A stretch of DNA of 61,944 nucleotides, counting the filler, from Sphacelaria rigidula (lineage: Eukaryota): NCBI GenBank assembly GCA_964200075.2. It is 11 parts of 11 records of this genome, joined end to end, with 100 filler letters (N's around TTAATTAATTAA, not from the genome) between each part and the next. Parts side by side here need not be neighbours in the genome. Positions count along the whole stretch, not along the records: positions 1 to 5,541 come from CAXNAA020026493.1; positions 5,642 to 11,182 come from CAXNAA020026494.1; positions 11,283 to 16,823 come from CAXNAA020026495.1; 8 more parts are not named here. One strand, 5' to 3'. Under the pieces are notes generated by a model. That model was not told where the DNA came from and made no database searches. It was given only the letters and a program-made list of their open reading frames with translations. Positions 1 through 11,390 of this stretch are shown here, piece after piece; positions within the stretch are counted from its first letter, which is position 1; every line of letters starts with the position of its first letter. Both the position numbers and the translations under genes were made by a program.

Positions 1-387
1 GCAGTGCAACACTGCATGTGGTTGAAATCTTCTTCACAACCTCTCGTATGCGAAGAGTACAGACAGCCGTGCTGTCTGTATGGCACGTTGTCCCCTTCTT
101 TTCCACATCGCGCCTGCATGCTGTACGCAACACACACACTTTGCAGACAGTACGGGTAAAACTGTCTGCTCCGTTGCCTGTATCAAATACAAGTCAACAC
201 GTACCGCTCAAACAATTTTGCTCAGCCTTTTCGATCCAAAGCGTGCAAATTCGCTCGGATCCAAACACTGCAGAACGAAGTAAGTCAATTCTCCCGAACG
301 GACTCGTTCGAATTGAAAATTAAAAACTTCAAGACACGACCTCACGGAGTTTGAACACAGCTACTCCACAGCGGTCGCGTACAAGGG

Positions 388-705
388 TGTGTTGCCATCC
401 CATTTATTTTGGACGCCAGTCTACACCTTTCGGTACATGTGGGCGAATCAGCCGGGGTCGCGGGATGAAGGCCAATAGCGTTTATTTTTCTGTTTTGTCT
501 CACCACTCCACCTTTCTTCTGAGGTGCTTGCCTTCTTTTTTGAATCGCGAGACGGGTTCAGCGATTCCCTCCCTTCGTCAACCGTCAAGTCGAATTTTGT
601 GTAAACACGACATAGTCGCTCTCCACTGTTGGTCATGATATGAGAAAAAATCCCAGATCGTCCGACTGCACCGAGATTCAAACCCGACCCAACCGTTAGT
701 AGAAT
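388..705 (-). mobile_element. tRNA-derived SINE, family A (5'-truncated copy)
   Basis: Reverse complement aligns with the copies at 27599 and 39491 (ACACAAAATTCGACTTGACGG ... CGCCCACATGTACCGAAAGGTGTAGAC). Confidence 0.8.
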
Positions 706-786
706 CAACTGTGTTTAGTTTTGATGTTACTCAATAGCATCCTTAACGCCACGAATTTCCACTCAAGACCCAACAGCTTGTCAAAA

Positions 787-1000
787 GAGGTATCTCAAAC
801 TTGGCTCACAGTTTCCTGGTTTGTCCGCTGGCTCTGGGTTTTGTAGTATAAGTTCAAGTGAAAGTAATGGCGATTAATAGGGGGACCTGACCTGGCGGTC
901 AAAGGGTCTCATCATCTGATGAATCGCCATCACTTTTACTTGGAAAAATAGAACAAAACGAAATATGAAACGGGGAACCGAGTTTGAGATACTGTACCTC
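787..1000. mobile_element. MITE with GAGGTATCTCAAACT terminal inverted repeat (diverged copy)
   Basis: Starts GAGGTATCTCAAACTTGG and ends CCGAGTTTGAGATACTGTACCTC; same TIR as 9876-9959. Confidence 0.55.
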
Positions 1001-1038
1001 CAATGAAAAGTCTGGGTGAATCTCTGTTTCCACCCGGA

Positions 1039-1128
1039 AGCCTGGTCCGGCGAAAACCCGGCGTGCTCCGTCCTGGCTTTTCAAGGTTGCGAGGTCAACG
1101 GCATGCAAGACATGACCCCCCCCCCCCC
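1039..1128 (+). mobile_element. 3' fragment of oligo(C)-tailed element, family B
   Basis: AGCCTGGTCCGGCGAAAACCCGGCGTGCTCCGTCC...GCGAGGTCAA...CATGA followed by a C run; matches 52295-52400. Confidence 0.75.
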
Positions 1129-1911
1129 GGGCTCCCCCTGGCTAGAGATGATGTTCTCATAATTGATTAGGGCCCGTCTGTCCAAGCGCCGAAACTTTAT
1201 TTGGCGTTCGCGACACCGGATCCCACCAATTTTTGTGTAAGAAGGGTAATATATGGCACCCAAGTCATCAAAATGCAATCGGAAGACGATTTTCTCTTTT
1301 CCCGATTTGACGTCTTCAACCTCTAGCCCTTTCACTGCAAGCATGTGAGCCTCTGTCGAAAAGTGGTACCCCTTTCTCACTCAACATCATCGATGGCCCA
1401 CATTTCCTACCCAGCGAGCGAAAGGGTCAAAAGTCGAAATTGAGGCCGCGGGATCTATTGCAGCCCTTCATGACGAACGACCGCGGAGGTGCCCCTCCGG
1501 TAATGAACTTTTCGGCGCTGTACTTGCAGTGTATTCTGTCTTCCTGTGTTGCGCAGGTGTCAAGACCATGCATGTATGTGTACAGGAGGCGACCTCAAGT
1601 GTTGGTCGTATATCTATGGTTGATTTTTTAAAACAAACGAACAAAAATGCCAACCCTACCGTTGACACAAGGCGTACGAGACCCTCAGGCAAGGGGGGCG
1701 AGCACACAGGTTCCCCTCGGCAAAGATGGCGTTGGCAGACCTTGAATCGGCGCCTGAAACCATAAATTTCATCAGAACCTTCTCTCGAGTCTGAAACCAA
1801 GTAGTCATGTTGTCAACCATAAATATACGACCAAAGCTTTAGGTCCACTGTGCAGATCAACACCGGACAATCCAATATGCAGTGGTCAAATATCGAACCG
1901 CACCAGCGCCC

Positions 1912-2275
1912 TTCGCCCAGTGGCTCACTCGGTAACCTTGATACTTGAATACTTTTCCAAAATTGTGACGGGTTCAAACCTAGGTGAATCGTACGATATG
2001 GGATTTGTTTTTCACACCATGCCAAACCACCTTGTCGTGGGGGTAGGTACACAAAGTTCGATTTCACGGTCGACAAGGGAAAGACAGTGGTAAACCCTTC
2101 TTGCAATGAAAAGAAAGCCAAACATCCCAAAAAAACGGTGAGGTACAAGAACAAAATAAAATAAAATCCCGTGTAACTTGACCCGCGAGGGTGACCCCCG
2201 TCCGGTCGCTTGATGCGCCCACATACTGTGTACCGAAAGGTGTAGACTGGCGTGCAGAGTAGATGGGATGACAGA
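1912..2275 (+). mobile_element. tRNA-derived SINE, family A (diverged)
   Basis: A-box-like TGGCTCACTCGG, B-box-like GGTTCAAACC; body and tail match the other copies. Confidence 0.75.
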
Positions 2276-2675
2276 TTACGTAGCCGATTGATGATTTCGA
2301 TGCCCCGCGGCTTCACCAGGGAGAAAAAGGAGTGTTGGTAGGGAGGTGGGAGCTGCCGTCTTAGAGCCCCCACAGTGGAGAAGAGTAACATGACGGCCAA
2401 GTATGCTACCTCCTCATGCCACACGGTCCTGAATGAGCGTGGATATTTCGCGAGACTTGATGCGTGGAACCAATTAGGGCCCCTTCGAACTAGAGAAAGG
2501 TGACGACGCACCGGGAGAGTGACAAGTGGTTGTGGCGGTTTCAGTATTTGTTCTTTCGTTTTGCCCTTCCCATTGGTCAAGAGCTGATGTGCAGCCAATT
2601 AGGAGGACGAAAAAATAATCACCGAAACCACGAGACTGACTGTCACTGGGCGTCCTCATTTTCTTGTCTCGTTAA

Positions 2676-2803
2676 CCCTTTCGGGACCGAACCCGTTGAC
2701 GATTCGTATTTGTGTGAAAAGGCATCATCTCGACTTCAACACGACTCAAAATGATGCTCATTCACAGAACCAAAAATCGTCCGTGGGTTCGTTTCCGCAA
2801 GGG
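2676..2803. mobile_element. piggyBac-like MITE (128 bp)
   Basis: ~29-bp imperfect TIRs (CCCTTTCGGGACCGAACCC / GGGTTCGTTTCCGCAAGGG) flanked by TTAA and TTGA. Confidence 0.65.
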
Positions 2804-3641
2804 TTGAAACTGGCCGTAAGTGCTCGATTTCTCCAACTTTGCAACAAGAGCGTCGCACCCGACAGTGCAATCCCACCCGCATCGAGAAAACACCGCATAT
2901 GCTACGGCCCGAAAACTTCTTGCCCACCCAAAATCAGCCCCTAGACTATGAGTAGAGGATACGATTGGGGGTGAAAGCGATCAATTAGGGAATGAATCGT
3001 TTCAGTTCCGAAACGCTCCCCACGAGGCCCGATATGCTTTCTGTAGTAGCTTGTCACTGAGGCCCTTAATATCCCTGAGTAGGATATCGATGTGTAGCTG
3101 TGAGCACACGTTAGTGATGGAGGCAAAGAAGAGCACAAACGGGATGACAAATTGGCTAGGTTAAAGCGAATTACCGAAGCAACTCTCATGTCACCAAAAC
3201 GTTGGTTGTTGAGGGTACCGTAGTCCATCTAAATCACTCATCCTTGTCCAAGTGGAAATGATGCCGACTCTCGCTGTTCGAGGGCCAAGGCCTGCCCTTT
3301 CACCGGCATCAACACCTATACTCTTATTCTTCAAATGGGAGATGGAGGGGGAAGCGTCTGCTGCTGGAACTTCGGAATAATTCAGAACAGAGTATTGCTG
3401 AGCGCTGATAATGTAAGAATGAGGGTGTGCTACTGTAGGATAGTAGGAACTATATCGCACATGTGCCTTTCGTACCGAATAACGTTGCACTTGTTTCTTC
3501 ACATGTACGAGAGACAACGACGTAGGCAACGATGCATGTCATTTCAAAACATGCGACGCCTGCTAAACAATCGGACTCAGGAGAAAAAACAAACATCGCA
3601 CCCTAGACCGTTAGTGTTGAGATACTCACTACCGAAAGCGG

Positions 3642-3890
3642 TCACTGCATCAGTAGAGAATGATTCCTGCCCCGCAAAGAGGCCGCACGATCGGTTTTTT
3701 GAGTTCGCGGAGCGAGACGTGCGCGGGGCAAGGCGTCAGCAAGCAAGCGGATCCAGACACTTGCTGCGATAGAGACGTGCCACTTCCACTCCATGTCCAC
3801 GCTTCTTGTTCGAAATGCCCATTCCCGACTAGTGCGGCCTCCCTCCTTGAATAACGTGGAGCATTCCAACCATGAATTTCGATTCAAGCA
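3642..3890 (-). CDS. CAMK-like Ser/Thr protein kinase, probable terminal exon
   Basis: CAG acceptor, phase 0 after a 94-bp intron; reads CLNRNSWLE... (position of the kinase-end HPWL motif), includes WKWHVSIAASVWIRLL and ends at a stop. Confidence 0.65.
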   Translation of the reverse strand, partial: CLNRNSWLECSTLFKEGGRTSREWAFRTRSVDMEWKWHVSIAASVWIRLLADALPRARLAPRTQKTDRAASLRGRNHSLLMQ

Positions 3891-3984
3891 CTGGGCAGCA
3901 CAGACACCGACATAACACCACCGCGCAGAAATCATTCCTATCCTATATCCACCTAGTCGGCACCACTCAACACTACAACATTAC

Positions 3985-4198
3985 CTGCTCTCCCGTGAAT
4001 CGCAAGTTGTGATCCAGCTGCATGAGGCCAACGATAAGATCTCGGCATTCGGCCGGAAGCTTGTCCCAATGGTTGGCACCGCCGCGGCCCAGCCCCAAAC
4101 GTCCGTGACATGTGTTGCGGAAGATCTCCGCCGGGTCCGCTCCACCGAACGGTGCCCTACCCATGAGCATCATATACAGTACGCACCCGCATGCAAAC
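3985..4198 (-). CDS. CAMK-like Ser/Thr protein kinase exon (subdomains IX-XI)
   Basis: cag|...|gtaat boundaries; FACGCVLYMMLMGRAPF...WDKLPAECRDLIVGLMQLDHNLRFTGEQ. Confidence 0.9.
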
Positions 4199-4923
4199 CT
4201 GCGCCAATCCAATGTGATCAAAACGGCGGCAAAAGTGAAGTACATCTTGGATGATGACAACATAGTTCAACTTCACCCTCCGGTTCTCCTTTGTCCTCTC
4301 TGATGACGACGAGTGTGTGATGGCAAGGGATCAAACAGTATCTGCCCCTGTGCTTCCCTGTAACCGCACCATCGTTGAAATGACAAATCATATCATCATG
4401 GGGGTGTCATCATGGGGGTGTTTGTAACACGTGAGCAGAACACGCTGCCTAGACTTTCGAAAGAAAAAGGCAAGAGCAACAACAACCGCCTCATCCCAGC
4501 ACCATCCATTGAGAATGTTGACCGAGGAACACATCAACACAGTGCAGGTGCAGATGGCTGTTGGTGGAGCACAGAATATAGCAATCGCCAAATGCAACAG
4601 AACAGAAGAGGGATCCTTGCGTATTGGAAGATACAGATTCTACACCAACACAGATCAAGTGTACAATACGACAGCACTGGCAACGACCAAAAATGTGTAC
4701 GACAAACGATATCCCGGAGTGGCCAACGAAGCCATGCTCGAAAGTCAGCTTCCAATACTCCGACAGCCAGGCGCCTCGTCCACTTTGTGTCAAGTTTCTG
4801 CTCTTACTTTTGATTGTCGACATCTTGTGACCAAGCACTACTGCAATCGCAGGGGATAACTTCATGTGCATCAGTCAATCGATCAATTATTCAGTCCCAG
4901 AATTCTTGTTTCACAATTCTCAC

Positions 4924-4994
4924 CAATCCACCTCCTTCCCGTACATGCCGTGCAGAATGGACTCCGGCGCCATGTACGATGGTGTGCCCATCAA
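4924..4994 (-). CDS. CAMK-like Ser/Thr protein kinase exon (subdomains VIII-IX)
   Basis: ttcag|LMGTPSYMAPESILHGMYGKEVD(W)|gtgag; the split TG/G codon joins the next exon in phase to give VDWFACG. Confidence 0.92.
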
Positions 4995-5248
4995 CTGAAC
5001 GCGTGCAGAACGACATACGAAAATAAAATAATAACATGCGTCATATTCCAAGGTGTACATGTGAGCTGTCAAGGCCATCACGAATGATGGGGGTGCATCT
5101 CTACACTCTGTACAACAATGTGAACAGAGGCAACAAAAAGTAATATACGAGTATGAGGCATGACGACAATGACTTCTTCCTCAAGCCGAAAACAAATCGC
5201 CAACTGACAAAAATAGCGAGACCCCGACAGTGGGGTAGTTTCCCTCAC

Positions 5249-5461
5249 CCGCGCGGGCGAAAAATAGAGAGCTTCCCATTCATGACCCGGTGATGGATGG
5301 ACTTGTGCCACACAACAGAATACAAGAGCAGCGAAGTATCCCGACGACAAACTGGCGTCAAAGGAATACGACGAGCAAGGTTGACTTGCGAGGATTATTC
5401 CATTTACCCGTGCAAACGTACTTTGAATACTTACCCTTGCTGGTCCTTCCAAATGCATGAG
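5249..5461 (-). CDS. Two candidate small kinase exons (5461-5435 and 5301-5249)
   Basis: AG/GT-bounded 27- and 53-bp segments with mutually compatible phases, giving HAFGRTSKVHPSPGHEWEALYFSPAR before LMGTPSYMAPE; no strong motif support. Confidence 0.4.
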
Positions 5462-5490
5462 CTGTATATGTACACAGGAATGCGCACTAT

Positions 5491-5504
5491 TCATTATTAT
5501 TATC

Positions 5505-5539
<35 letters not shown>

Positions 5540-5541
5540 CA
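5491..5541. repeat. (ATT/ATC)n microsatellite at contig end
   Basis: Directly visible. Confidence 0.95.
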
Positions 5542-5641
5542 NNNNNNNNNNNNNNNNNNNNNNNNNNNNNNNNNNNNNNNNNNNNTTAATTAATTAANNN
5601 NNNNNNNNNNNNNNNNNNNNNNNNNNNNNNNNNNNNNNNNN
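5542..5641. other. Artificial contig linker (N44-TTAATTAATTAA-N44); also at 11183-11282, 16824-16923, 22465-22564, 28105-28204, 33745-33844, 39385-39484, 45025-45124, 50665-50764, 56305-56404
   Basis: Ten identical 100-bp spacers carrying an all-frame stop 12-mer; the intervening segments are exactly 5541 or 5540 bp. Confidence 0.99.
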
Positions 5642-5788
5642 CTCTCGTACGAATCGTGGTGGGGCCAGCGACCGCCGCCGTAGATCTCCAGTTCAGTCGG
5701 ATCCGTCTTGGCTTCAGCCCGCGCGCGCACCGCCGCCGGCCCTTTGGACTGCATGCAGTGCGGACAGTTCTCCATCTCGGCGAAACCT
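5642..5788 (-). CDS. LPMO-like (chitin-binding type-4 / AA10-AA15-like) protein, exon 2, truncated by contig end
   Basis: gcag|A GGT TTC...: GFAEMENCPHCMQSKGPAAVRARAEAKTDPTELEIYGGGRWPHHDSYE; in phase with exon 8259-8422. Confidence 0.75.
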
Positions 5789-6235
5789 CTGCGTGATGTT
5801 TTGTAGCCGACGAGAATGGGACAAAGAGGGTGCAGATATGGCGAGGGGAAGCCCAAAGGTACACGGAATTGATTCATCTCTGCCACCTACGTATCTGCCT
5901 TGTAATTTGGGACCTCACATGGAGGGGGAAGGGGGGACCAGACCATCATTCCCCCCCATATCCACCCCCCTCCCAAACGTAACACAAACGCCTATATAAA
6001 GCGATCGCATACTGAATCCTACACAGAAGCGGGCGACGTCGGAGAGGGGTACCCCCCTGAAGAGAGGGGGAGAATAGCACACGATCCACTTGCCCCCTGA
6101 TACGTAAGTGGAGTAACAAAGGCAAAAATATCAGGTAAAAAAATGAATCGAAATAAAGGAAATTGAGATCAAATCTCAATAAAAAAATAGTTCGACGAAT
6201 AAACAATGGATAAAAGATTAAACGATAAGACGGTG

Positions 6236-6556
6236 CTGTGATGCGTGAGAGGACCGCATGGTTAGAGGACCGCGCCGTGGTTCAAAATAACTCAGGATCG
6301 ACGTTTTTCAAAACCAATCGGGTCAGCCTCTGCAGGTACCACGCCTCTGACCTTAACCCTTAGACCGCGAGATTAGTCTTTCTGGATCATGCATACTTTT
6401 TTTCACTTGAAATCGATGCCGATTCGACAGAAGACTAACCTCGCGGTCTAAGGGTTAACCCCAACACTAACTCTAACCCTAACCCTGACCCTGACCACAG
6501 GGGTGTTCAAATTCTGATGCGATCCCCTAAGCACGCGGTTATCTCACGCATTACAG
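6236..6556. mobile_element. MITE with internal telomere-like (TAACCC)n repeats, carrying a nested piggyBac-type MITE
   Basis: ~36-bp TIRs (ATGCGTGAGAGGACCGC...); homologous to 10683-10925 and 37662-37880. Confidence 0.85.
6357..6454. mobile_element. 98-bp piggyBac-type MITE
   Basis: TIR CCCTTAGACCGCGAG(A/G)TTAGTCTT with TTAA on both sides; absent from the other copies of the host element. Confidence 0.9.
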
Positions 6557-8258
6557 TGCCGTGGCTGATGTACTTTATCGGAATACTACACGCACCACAA
6601 GTGTCGTAGGCTCATCATCGTGAGTCTATTTCGTGATTACCGGTTTGCACACGCTTAGATGTAAGTTGTCGTTCTTGTTTTTTTTTCAATTTTTGTCCAC
6701 AGTCGTCCCAGTGGACGGCTTTGGTTGGAGCTCGTCTTGACCCACGAGCGTTCAAATCAGCCAATCAAACCACAAACAGCACGTAGGTGTTTTTAACAGG
6801 TGGGTATTTAGCACGTGTTTGAGGGATAACATGCAGTGAACACACGGATTGAGAAGGGAGGAGAACATATTTGAACAAAATACGAATACTCCCAACTTCG
6901 GGCCTCACGGGGGGGGGGGAGGTGCGCGGGATACCTTTTGTCGTGTTGCACCTTTGGAGGCACCTTATTTGACGATGTTGGAACGAGCACACATGTTACC
7001 GCGTGCTTTTACTTGTCATGATCTGACAGCTGTATTTGCATACATCCGCGCCTTTTATATCCCACCACGTTCAGTTCTTCGCCAGTTGGATCTTGTACAA
7101 GCGTCATCGGTTGACACATATAATATCCGTGTCTTGTTGCGCTTTTTCGTCAAGTAATCGAATATAAATCCTGGGCAGTGAGGCTCATTCGCTGGGGGGT
7201 GAGGCTCATTCGCCAGGGCTTGGCCAACATTACCCAGTGGATACAGCTTGTATTTATTGGGGCACTGATGGCCAAAGCTTCTCAGTACTCCGGAGTACCC
7301 GGAGTACCTACCTACCGTCCAAAATGTCTACTCCTTGGTGTACTCGGTCTGGTATGAAGTAAAAAAGTGCTCAGTGAGCAGGAGCACACTGAGTACAGAC
7401 ATCCCACACAATACTGGGTATTCCAGAGTGCCAAGAATACCGACTGCTGCCAAGAATAATACCGGGTATCCCAGAGTAGCCCGCCGACTACCGACCGCCG
7501 CCGAACATGCGGAGTATTTCCGAGCACCCCGAGTATCAACACCCACGTTTACTCGTGCTCGTGCTGCTCTGTCCCAACAACAAAATCTGCACCGTTTCAT
7601 TACAAGTATTACGGCATCTGTGTCGAAGCATATGCAATAATATTAGTTCGTACGGTTGTCTGGTCGTGCATTTCCGAACCCACAAACGAAGTTTTCAAAT
7701 GTTCGTTCATGCGCATACGTTTTTCAAATTTCATCTCAAGTTTTCGTTCAATTGAGATATCTCGACCTCGAGGTTCCCAGTACATTTATTTCACTGCGAA
7801 TTTCTGTCAAGTTTACCTGAAATCTCCAGTCTGAGTATACACCTCCAATGAATTCTCTACACTCTCATCCGGCGTACATGTTTTTACAGATGAGATGATA
7901 CAGACAGTAGCCAGGAAGCGGATCGTATCTCACACGAAGTGAGATATCGCATTATGTAGTCTCTCACGAGAGGCGAGTACGATATCGCGCGCACCAGCTG
8001 CACTTCAGCAGCGTTTGTATGGTGAGATACTCGCTCGCTGATTGATGGTTGTTACGTGGAACGTTTTTTCAATAATCGTGCTGCTATAACAGGACGATAA
8101 TAATTCCAGTGCTCACACAAAGGATAGGATCGGTATCTTTCACACCCACGCCAGGATCAAAGATTATGTGCTACAAGGTTCTCTCGTGTGACATGGTCGA
8201 GCGCGACAACATGGCACAGTACGGTGGACAAGTAGACAACAATGCTGTGAATACTCAC

Positions 8259-8422
8259 GCTTTCTGGAAGACGGTCGTGTAGAAGAAGGTACGGCTGACA
8301 GGCGCCATCATGAAGGCGTGGCCGTCGACCTGCTGAGGGAGTCGCGCTAAGAAGAACCCGCTGGCGCAGATCGCGGCCTGCACCCACGCGGACATGGTCA
8401 CACTAGTCGCTCGTCGAGCCAT
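8259..8422 (-). CDS. LPMO-like secreted protein, exon 1 (signal peptide + N-terminal His)
   Basis: MARRATSVTMSAWVQAAICASGFFLARLPQQVDG-HAFMMAPVSRTFFYTTVFQK(A)|gtgagt: hydrophobic leader, VDG cleavage-like site, then H-x5-P-x-S-R. Too short to appear in the ORF track. Confidence 0.8.
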
Positions 8423-9248
8423 GTTGACGATGATACGGCTGTTTGTCGTAGGGATTGAAAGCAGAGCGGTCCTCGTTCGGCGTAGTTGCTGTTTTTTGGC
8501 TGAAGATCGCCTTTGGCCTATGTTTGCTTATCCGCAGATGAATGAACGTTGTGAGAGGTGTGATGGATGGTCTGGGAGAAGGTGACCGCAATTTGTGAGA
8601 GGGGTAGGACGGGGGGGGGGGATGATGTCTCACGAAAAAGCAACTGCTCCCTATCTGGAGAGATGGAAAACCAGTACAGATTGTGAGCGTTGTTTGGGAG
8701 AGACGTTGCAGATGAAACGAAAGATATGTGCGTTTGTGCGCTCAATGACCCGCAGTCGGGATCTGGAGCGATCTGGTACCATACACTCTCCCGAGAGAAA
8801 CAGATTCATGTGTCGTTGACGAGGCGGGACAAACAATGAACGGCTTATGTTGTATGTGCAGCTCGACCGTTCACTCGCGGGTCGTTCGAGTATCCATGGC
8901 TATTTCGGATTTTTTTTCTCGCGAGTGGAACATTTTCGGGACATGAAGAGCCGCTACCCGTACTGTTATCAGGAAGGAATTTGCGGAATCGGTTGGTACA
9001 CCATGAACGGCAAAACACGATCAGCACGGCCGGGATTGCTTTTGATGCTATGGGGGCCGGGTACTAACACGCAACGAAGAGGTTCGTTGAGAAATGCCCA
9101 GGGGTACGCTTGCCCTGCTGAGCAATCGCCGAAGCAAGCAAGCGGATGAGAAGGCACGGGGGAAAAATGGGCAGGCTTGAGGTCCTCCATGAGGTACCTC
9201 CTACTCGAGTATTGTAGTGTCTCTAACAGTATAGTGATTCTTGTTTAA

Positions 9249-9346
9249 CCCCTAGACCGCGCGGTTAGTTCTTGTGGATCATGCATACTTTTTTTCACTT
9301 GAAATTGATGCCGATTCAACACAAGACCAACCTCGCGGTTTAAGGA
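9249..9346. mobile_element. 98-bp piggyBac-type MITE
   Basis: TTAA on both sides; aligns end to end with 6357-6454. Confidence 0.88.
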
Positions 9347-9875
9347 TTAATACGTCGGGAACCTTGACGAGTTTGAGATACTGCTCTGCCTCAAGCGATA
9401 TGGTGTACGACCTGGAGGGGTCTCCCGGTACGTTGTGAAGTTTTGATTGCGGTTTGGGGCGGAAGAAACACTGCAACAGACAAACGATACGGTGGCGGCT
9501 GTTGTGTTATATGTGCGTGCGTCATGTATGAGGAGATGGCCCACCTACCCTCGCGGTGAAAGAGTTGATTATTCACCGAGACTCAGTAGATGAGTCATCG
9601 TACGACGATGATTATACGAGACGATGCAAATGCAATGTGACACAACATTAATTAATGGGTGAGGGATTGAACAAAACTTGTTTCATTATTGCCCCATCAT
9701 CATTATTGTATGTTTTTGAAAGTTATACCATCACAGGAATCGCGATGTCCTGCCACCAAAGAATGAGAAATATCTTCTCGTCGCTTCACCGCTTGTTCCC
9801 ACATTTTGTACATATACTGAACAGCTGACTGACTGACTGACTGACTGAACAGCATATTCATTTACTGTCTGTATA

Positions 9876-9959
9876 GAGGTATCTCAAACTCGAGGTTCCC
9901 GCTTTATTTCACAGTAATGTAAGTCAAATATACCAGGAACCTCGAGTTCGATATACCTC
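9876..9959. mobile_element. ~84-bp MITE, TIR GAGGTATCTCAAACTCGAGGTTCC (related copies ~7754-7845, ~10349-10430)
   Basis: Inverted termini GAGGTATCTCAAACTCGAGGTTCC / GGAACCTCGAGTTCGATATACCTC. Confidence 0.75.
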
Positions 9960-10682
9960 TTGTAACACTTGTAACATACACCCGTTTTTGTTCAAATTGG
10001 CGCCGCAGGCGCCCATTAGAGGTCTGCTGACGCACCCTTTGCCCAAAGCAATCTCCGCACTCCCCTTCCCCAAGAGTTCTCGTATGGGTTTGTCAGGGTT
10101 AGAGTCAGTGTCAAGGTCAGTCTTAGCGTTATAGTTCAAAACCAACTGTCGTCTAGAGCGCTTGCTGGCCAACCGTTCTTTCGATCAAGAAGCGTAAGCA
10201 GTACGCACTCCTGTCTCTATAATACTAATTCCACCCTTGATCGATTGTTGGCGGAATTTCACTATTCCATGACGAAATTTCAGTCGTGAACAAGTTTAGG
10301 AAATACCTTCGGGCCGAATCAAATCAAAGATGAAGGTGTAGACACCAGCGGTATCTCAAACTCGAGGGTTCCAGTATGTGTCACCGTATTTACAGCCAAA
10401 AATACCGAGAGCCCCGCGTTTGAGGTACCTTTTGTCGACTTGTCGTGCGTGGTGTGCCCACCACCACCACTTTCGCTGCCTGCGCACAGCCCGCGACAAA
10501 CACGGTATGGGGACCACCGCTCACTTCGGGGTCAAGATCGGAGGCGGGGTACAAATATGTGCATACTCAACAGCAGGACAGACCGCAAGAACAGAGGACA
10601 GGTTGGCTCCCCCTCCACATAATATCAAGAACCCTACTCGTAGCAAAGAAAGGAGGGATGTTCGCGTTGCCAGCAACGACGT

Positions 10683-10925
10683 TGTAATGCGTGAGAGGAC
10701 CGGATGCTCAGAGTGTAATGCATGAGAGGACCGCGTGCTTAGAGGACCGCATCGGAACTTGAACATCCCTATGGTTAGGGTTAGGGTCAGGGTTAGTGTT
10801 GGGGTTAGGGTCAGGGGCGTGGTACCTCCAGGGACTGATCCGATTGGTTTTGAAAAACGTCGATCCTGAGGTGTTTTGAATCATGGCGCGGTCCTCTAAG
10901 CATGCGGTCCTCTCACGTATTACGG
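10683..10925. mobile_element. MITE with internal (TTAGGG)n-like repeats; left TIR partly duplicated
   Basis: TIRs GTAATGCGTGAGAGGACCG; GGTTAGGGTTAGGGTCAGGGTTAGTGTTGGGGTTAGGG inside. Confidence 0.85.
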
Positions 10926-11284
10926 CCTGAAGCGACGGTTGACGGTGACTCCTTCGTACGGGCCACGATTTGCCTCAACCCCCCCCCCCCCCCCACCGAC
11001 TCCGGGTGATGACTCTTTTTTGTGCTGGAGGAAACGTAGAATAGAGAGTTTGGGGGAAAAAGCAGAACTCAGGGATAAAAGCGAGAACGCCTGGATTGTT
11101 TACGTTTAAACCCCAGGTTTGTTTTTAGTCATCTTTACCACGTAGGTGTGGACCGTGGCCAACTTTTCAGGGTTTAGTCTTTNNNNNNNNNNNNNNNNNN
11201 NNNNNNNNNNNNNNNNNNNNNNNNNNTTAATTAATTAANNNNNNNNNNNNNNNNNNNNNNNNNNNNNNNNNNNNNNNNNNNNAA

Positions 11285-11390
11285 CCCCCCCCCCCCCCCC
11301 CGAAAATCTGGAAAGGGGTGGGGGGGTCAAGGGCGAACGCCTAAGGCAAGCGAAAAATGGGTGCGCTCCCCCCCCCCCCCCCCCCGAAAT
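11285..11390 (+). mobile_element. Short, degraded LINE 3' tail between two C runs
   Basis: GGAAAGGGG...GGTCAAGGGCGAACGCCTAAGGCAAGC...ATGGGTGCGC(C)n resembles the LINE tail; (C)nGAAA lies on both sides. Confidence 0.6.

Noticed and set aside
1813..2598. 261-aa ORF
   Set aside because: Largely antisense read-through of a SINE; no domain or splice support.
5586..5597. Regularly spaced TTAATTAATTAA motif (~5.64-kb period)
   Set aside because: Synthetic assembly linker inside N runs, not biology.
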